Shown: positions 37,194 to 39,029 of the stretch, piece by piece | Layout: each line of letters begins with the position of its first letter | How positions within the stretch are numbered: position 1 is the first letter of the stretch | Assembly: GCA_031267055.1 (NCBI GenBank) | Contig: JAIRZV010000126.1 | Location: 1-39,029 of the forward strand | Source of the DNA: Candidatus Margulisiibacteriota bacterium | Lineage (GTDB): Bacteria; Margulisbacteria; Termititenacia; Termititenacales; Termititenacaceae | Direction of reading: 5' to 3' | DNA: 39,029 nucleotides | The notes under the pieces: model-generated | Told to the model about the DNA's origin: nothing | The model's database searches: none | Seen by the model: only the letters and a program-made list of their open reading frames with translations | Made by a program: the position numbers and the translations under genes

Positions 37194-37886
37194 ATGGGGG
37201 AAACTATAATAAAAATCCAAAATCTTATCCGCAGTTATCAAATGGGCGCGACGACGCTCAACGCGCTGAATAACGTCACGCTGGATTTTCGGGCGGGAGA
37301 ATTCACCGGCCTGATCGGACCCAGCGGCTCCGGCAAAACCACGCTGCTCAACATCATCGGCTCGCTGGATCTGCCGACCGGTGGCTCGGCGGAAACGCTG
37401 GGCAAGAAAATCGAAACGCTTTCGCCCAAACAAGCGGCGGCTCTGCGTAATTTTGAGATCGGTTTTATTTTTCAGACTTTTAATCTACTGCCGGTTTACA
37501 CTATTTACGAAAATATTGAATTTCCCCTGCTCCTGCAGCCGCAGCTAAAAACCGCGCAGCGCCGGGAAATGGTCAAGCAGGCGCTGGAATGGGTGGGTCT
37601 GGCTGACCGCGCCGGATCTATGCCGAAACAATTATCCGGCGGACAATGCCAGCGTGTCGCTATCGCCCGCGCTATCGTCAAAAAACCGCGGCTGGTGCTG
37701 GCCGACGAGCCGACCGCCAATCTCGACGCGCAAAATTCCGCGAACATCATGGAGATCATGTTAAAACTCAATCAAGAATTGAACACGACTTTTATTTTTT
37801 CTACGCACGACGAAAAAGTCATCAAACATCTGCGCCGCAAAATCAAGCTGGCCGACGGACAAGTCGTCAGCGACGAGAACATTTAA
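37194..37886 (+). CDS. ABC transporter ATP-binding protein, MacB/LolD/FtsE type
   Basis: 230 aa, with Walker A GPSGSGKTT, signature LSGGQCQRVAIARA and Walker B LVLADEPT. It is preceded by the AAGGGGGG SD. Confidence 0.88.
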   Translation: MGETIIKIQNLIRSYQMGATTLNALNNVTLDFRAGEFTGLIGPSGSGKTTLLNIIGSLDLPTGGSAETLGKKIETLSPKQAAALRNFEIGFIFQTFNLLPVYTIYENIEFPLLLQPQLKTAQRREMVKQALEWVGLADRAGSMPKQLSGGQCQRVAIARAIVKKPRLVLADEPTANLDAQNSANIMEIMLKLNQELNTTFIFSTHDEKVIKHLRRKIKLADGQVVSDENI

Positions 37887-37887
37887 A

Positions 37888-39029
37888 ATGCCGTTGTTCA
37901 AGCTTGCTTTACGTAATCTCCTCGGCGGTGGGCTGCGCACCTGGCTCAACGCGTTTATTTTGTCCGTGTCCTTTGTCATCATCATCGGCTGTCAGGGCTT
38001 GTACAAAGGCATGGCACAGCAAATGGAACGTCTCGCTATTGATAGTTATTACGGCAGTGGACAATACTGGCAGACCAATTATGATCCATTCGACACACTG
38101 ACTCTGGACGACGCGCACGGCCGTCTGCCGGACGCTTTGCAAAAAATGAGCGCCGCCGGCCAGGCTGTGCCGGTGCTCAAAAGGCAAGCCACTCTGTACG
38201 CGCAAAACCGCGTCCTCAATATCACGCTCAACGGCATCAAAACAGAGCAAACGCTTATTGATATTCCGACCGCCAAACTGCGCGATACCGGCCACGCTAT
38301 ACCGGCTATTATCGGCGATGCCATGGCCAAAAGCGCCGGCCTCCGGCAAGGCGACTCCGCGGTACTGCGCTGGCGCAACGCGCACGGCACTTTTGACGCA
38401 AATGAGATTTACATCGCGGCGGTAATGAACACGCATGTGAGCGCCATCGATCAGGGACAGGTCTGGATAGAGCTAGGTACCTTGCAAGAAATAACCGCCC
38501 TGCCCGACGCGGCCACGCTGGTCATCACAGCCAAAGACAGTGTGCCGCCGCGCGACGCGGACGCTGAAAATTGGTCTTTTAAAGATCAGGATTTTCTGCT
38601 GACTGACGAACGCAACATGATGGCTTCGGAATACATAGAAGGCGGCGTTATGTATGCGGTATTTTTATTTCTGGCCATGCTGGGGATTTTTGACACGCAA
38701 ATACTGGCCATTTATCACCGCATCAAAGAAATGGGTACGATGCTGGCGCTCGGCATCACCAAAAATGACCTCATCTGGATTTTTACGCTGGAAGGCGCGC
38801 TGCATTCTGTACTGGCCGCCGGGTTGGCTTTTATTTACGGCACGCCGTTTTTGATCTGGTTCGGCAAAGTCGGTTTCAGCATGGCGGATATGGATCAGCT
38901 TGGCATAGCGATAGGAGATACGATTTATCCGGTTTTCACGCCGGGCATTATTGTCGGCACGGCTATTTTGATTTTCGCGCTGACGGCTCTGGTCAGTTAT
39001 CTGCCCTGCCGCCGCATTGCCAAACTCAC
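37888..39029 (+). CDS. ABC transporter permease, FtsX/MacB-type, 3'-truncated by window end
   Basis: The ATG lies 1 nt after the ATPase stop, and frame 1 appears open to the window edge by my reading; it is absent from the ORF track, presumably because it has no stop in the window. The N-terminal TM is LRTWLNAFILSVSFVIIIG, followed by a large extracytoplasmic loop. The FtsX-domain segment is YHRIKEMGTMLALGITKNDLIWIFTLEGALHSVLAAG. Confidence 0.8.
   Translation, partial: MPLFKLALRNLLGGGLRTWLNAFILSVSFVIIIGCQGLYKGMAQQMERLAIDSYYGSGQYWQTNYDPFDTLTLDDAHGRLPDALQKMSAAGQAVPVLKRQATLYAQNRVLNITLNGIKTEQTLIDIPTAKLRDTGHAIPAIIGDAMAKSAGLRQGDSAVLRWRNAHGTFDANEIYIAAVMNTHVSAIDQGQVWIELGTLQEITALPDAATLVITAKDSVPPRDADAENWSFKDQDFLLTDERNMMASEYIEGGVMYAVFLFLAMLGIFDTQILAIYHRIKEMGTMLALGITKNDLIWIFTLEGALHSVLAAGLAFIYGTPFLIWFGKVGFSMADMDQLGIAIGDTIYPVFTPGIIVGTAILIFALTALVSYLPCRRIAKL

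Overview
The window is a 39-kb chromosomal segment from what looks like an uncultivated diderm bacterium. The diderm call rests on a predicted beta-barrel OMP and a MacB/LolD-type ABC pair. Core genes run at roughly 50-58% GC by hand counts. Most of the window is ordinary housekeeping. On the plus strand there is a tightly overlapping block metX / small ORF / SP-lyase-like radical SAM / bioA / bioD, with prfC convergent to it. A minus-strand operon carries tgt-secD-secF-yqeG-hyp-ybaB-recR. The remaining housekeeping genes are prs, trpS-rfbC, a NodB deacetylase and a Na/Pi symporter. Three low-GC accessory patches interrupt this background: (i) an HTH-Fic gene bracketed by 17-nt direct repeats, next to a UPF0175/DUF3368-PIN toxin-antitoxin pair; (ii) a DUF4116 repeat protein; (iii) the dominant feature, a single uninterrupted 15,402-nt ORF (10119..25520, minus strand, 5,133 aa). 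In that giant ORF I recognise only an N-terminal transglutaminase-like cysteine-protease core (C182/H224/D240), followed by a catalytically dead duplicate. After these come five divergent helical modules bearing Ala/Gly-rich hydrophobic hairpins. Further downstream there is about 530 aa of exact heptad (21-nt) coiled-coil arrays and a Pro/Glu-rich tail. I see no recognisable signal peptide, sorting signal or secretion-partner genes. Its 688-bp upstream region contains a 17-nt homopolymer sitting between -35-like and -10-like hexamers, which makes it a candidate phase-variable promoter. The same region holds two copies of a structured palindromic repeat family, and a third copy lies 8 kb away. 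No rRNA, tRNA, CRISPR array or transposase was found.
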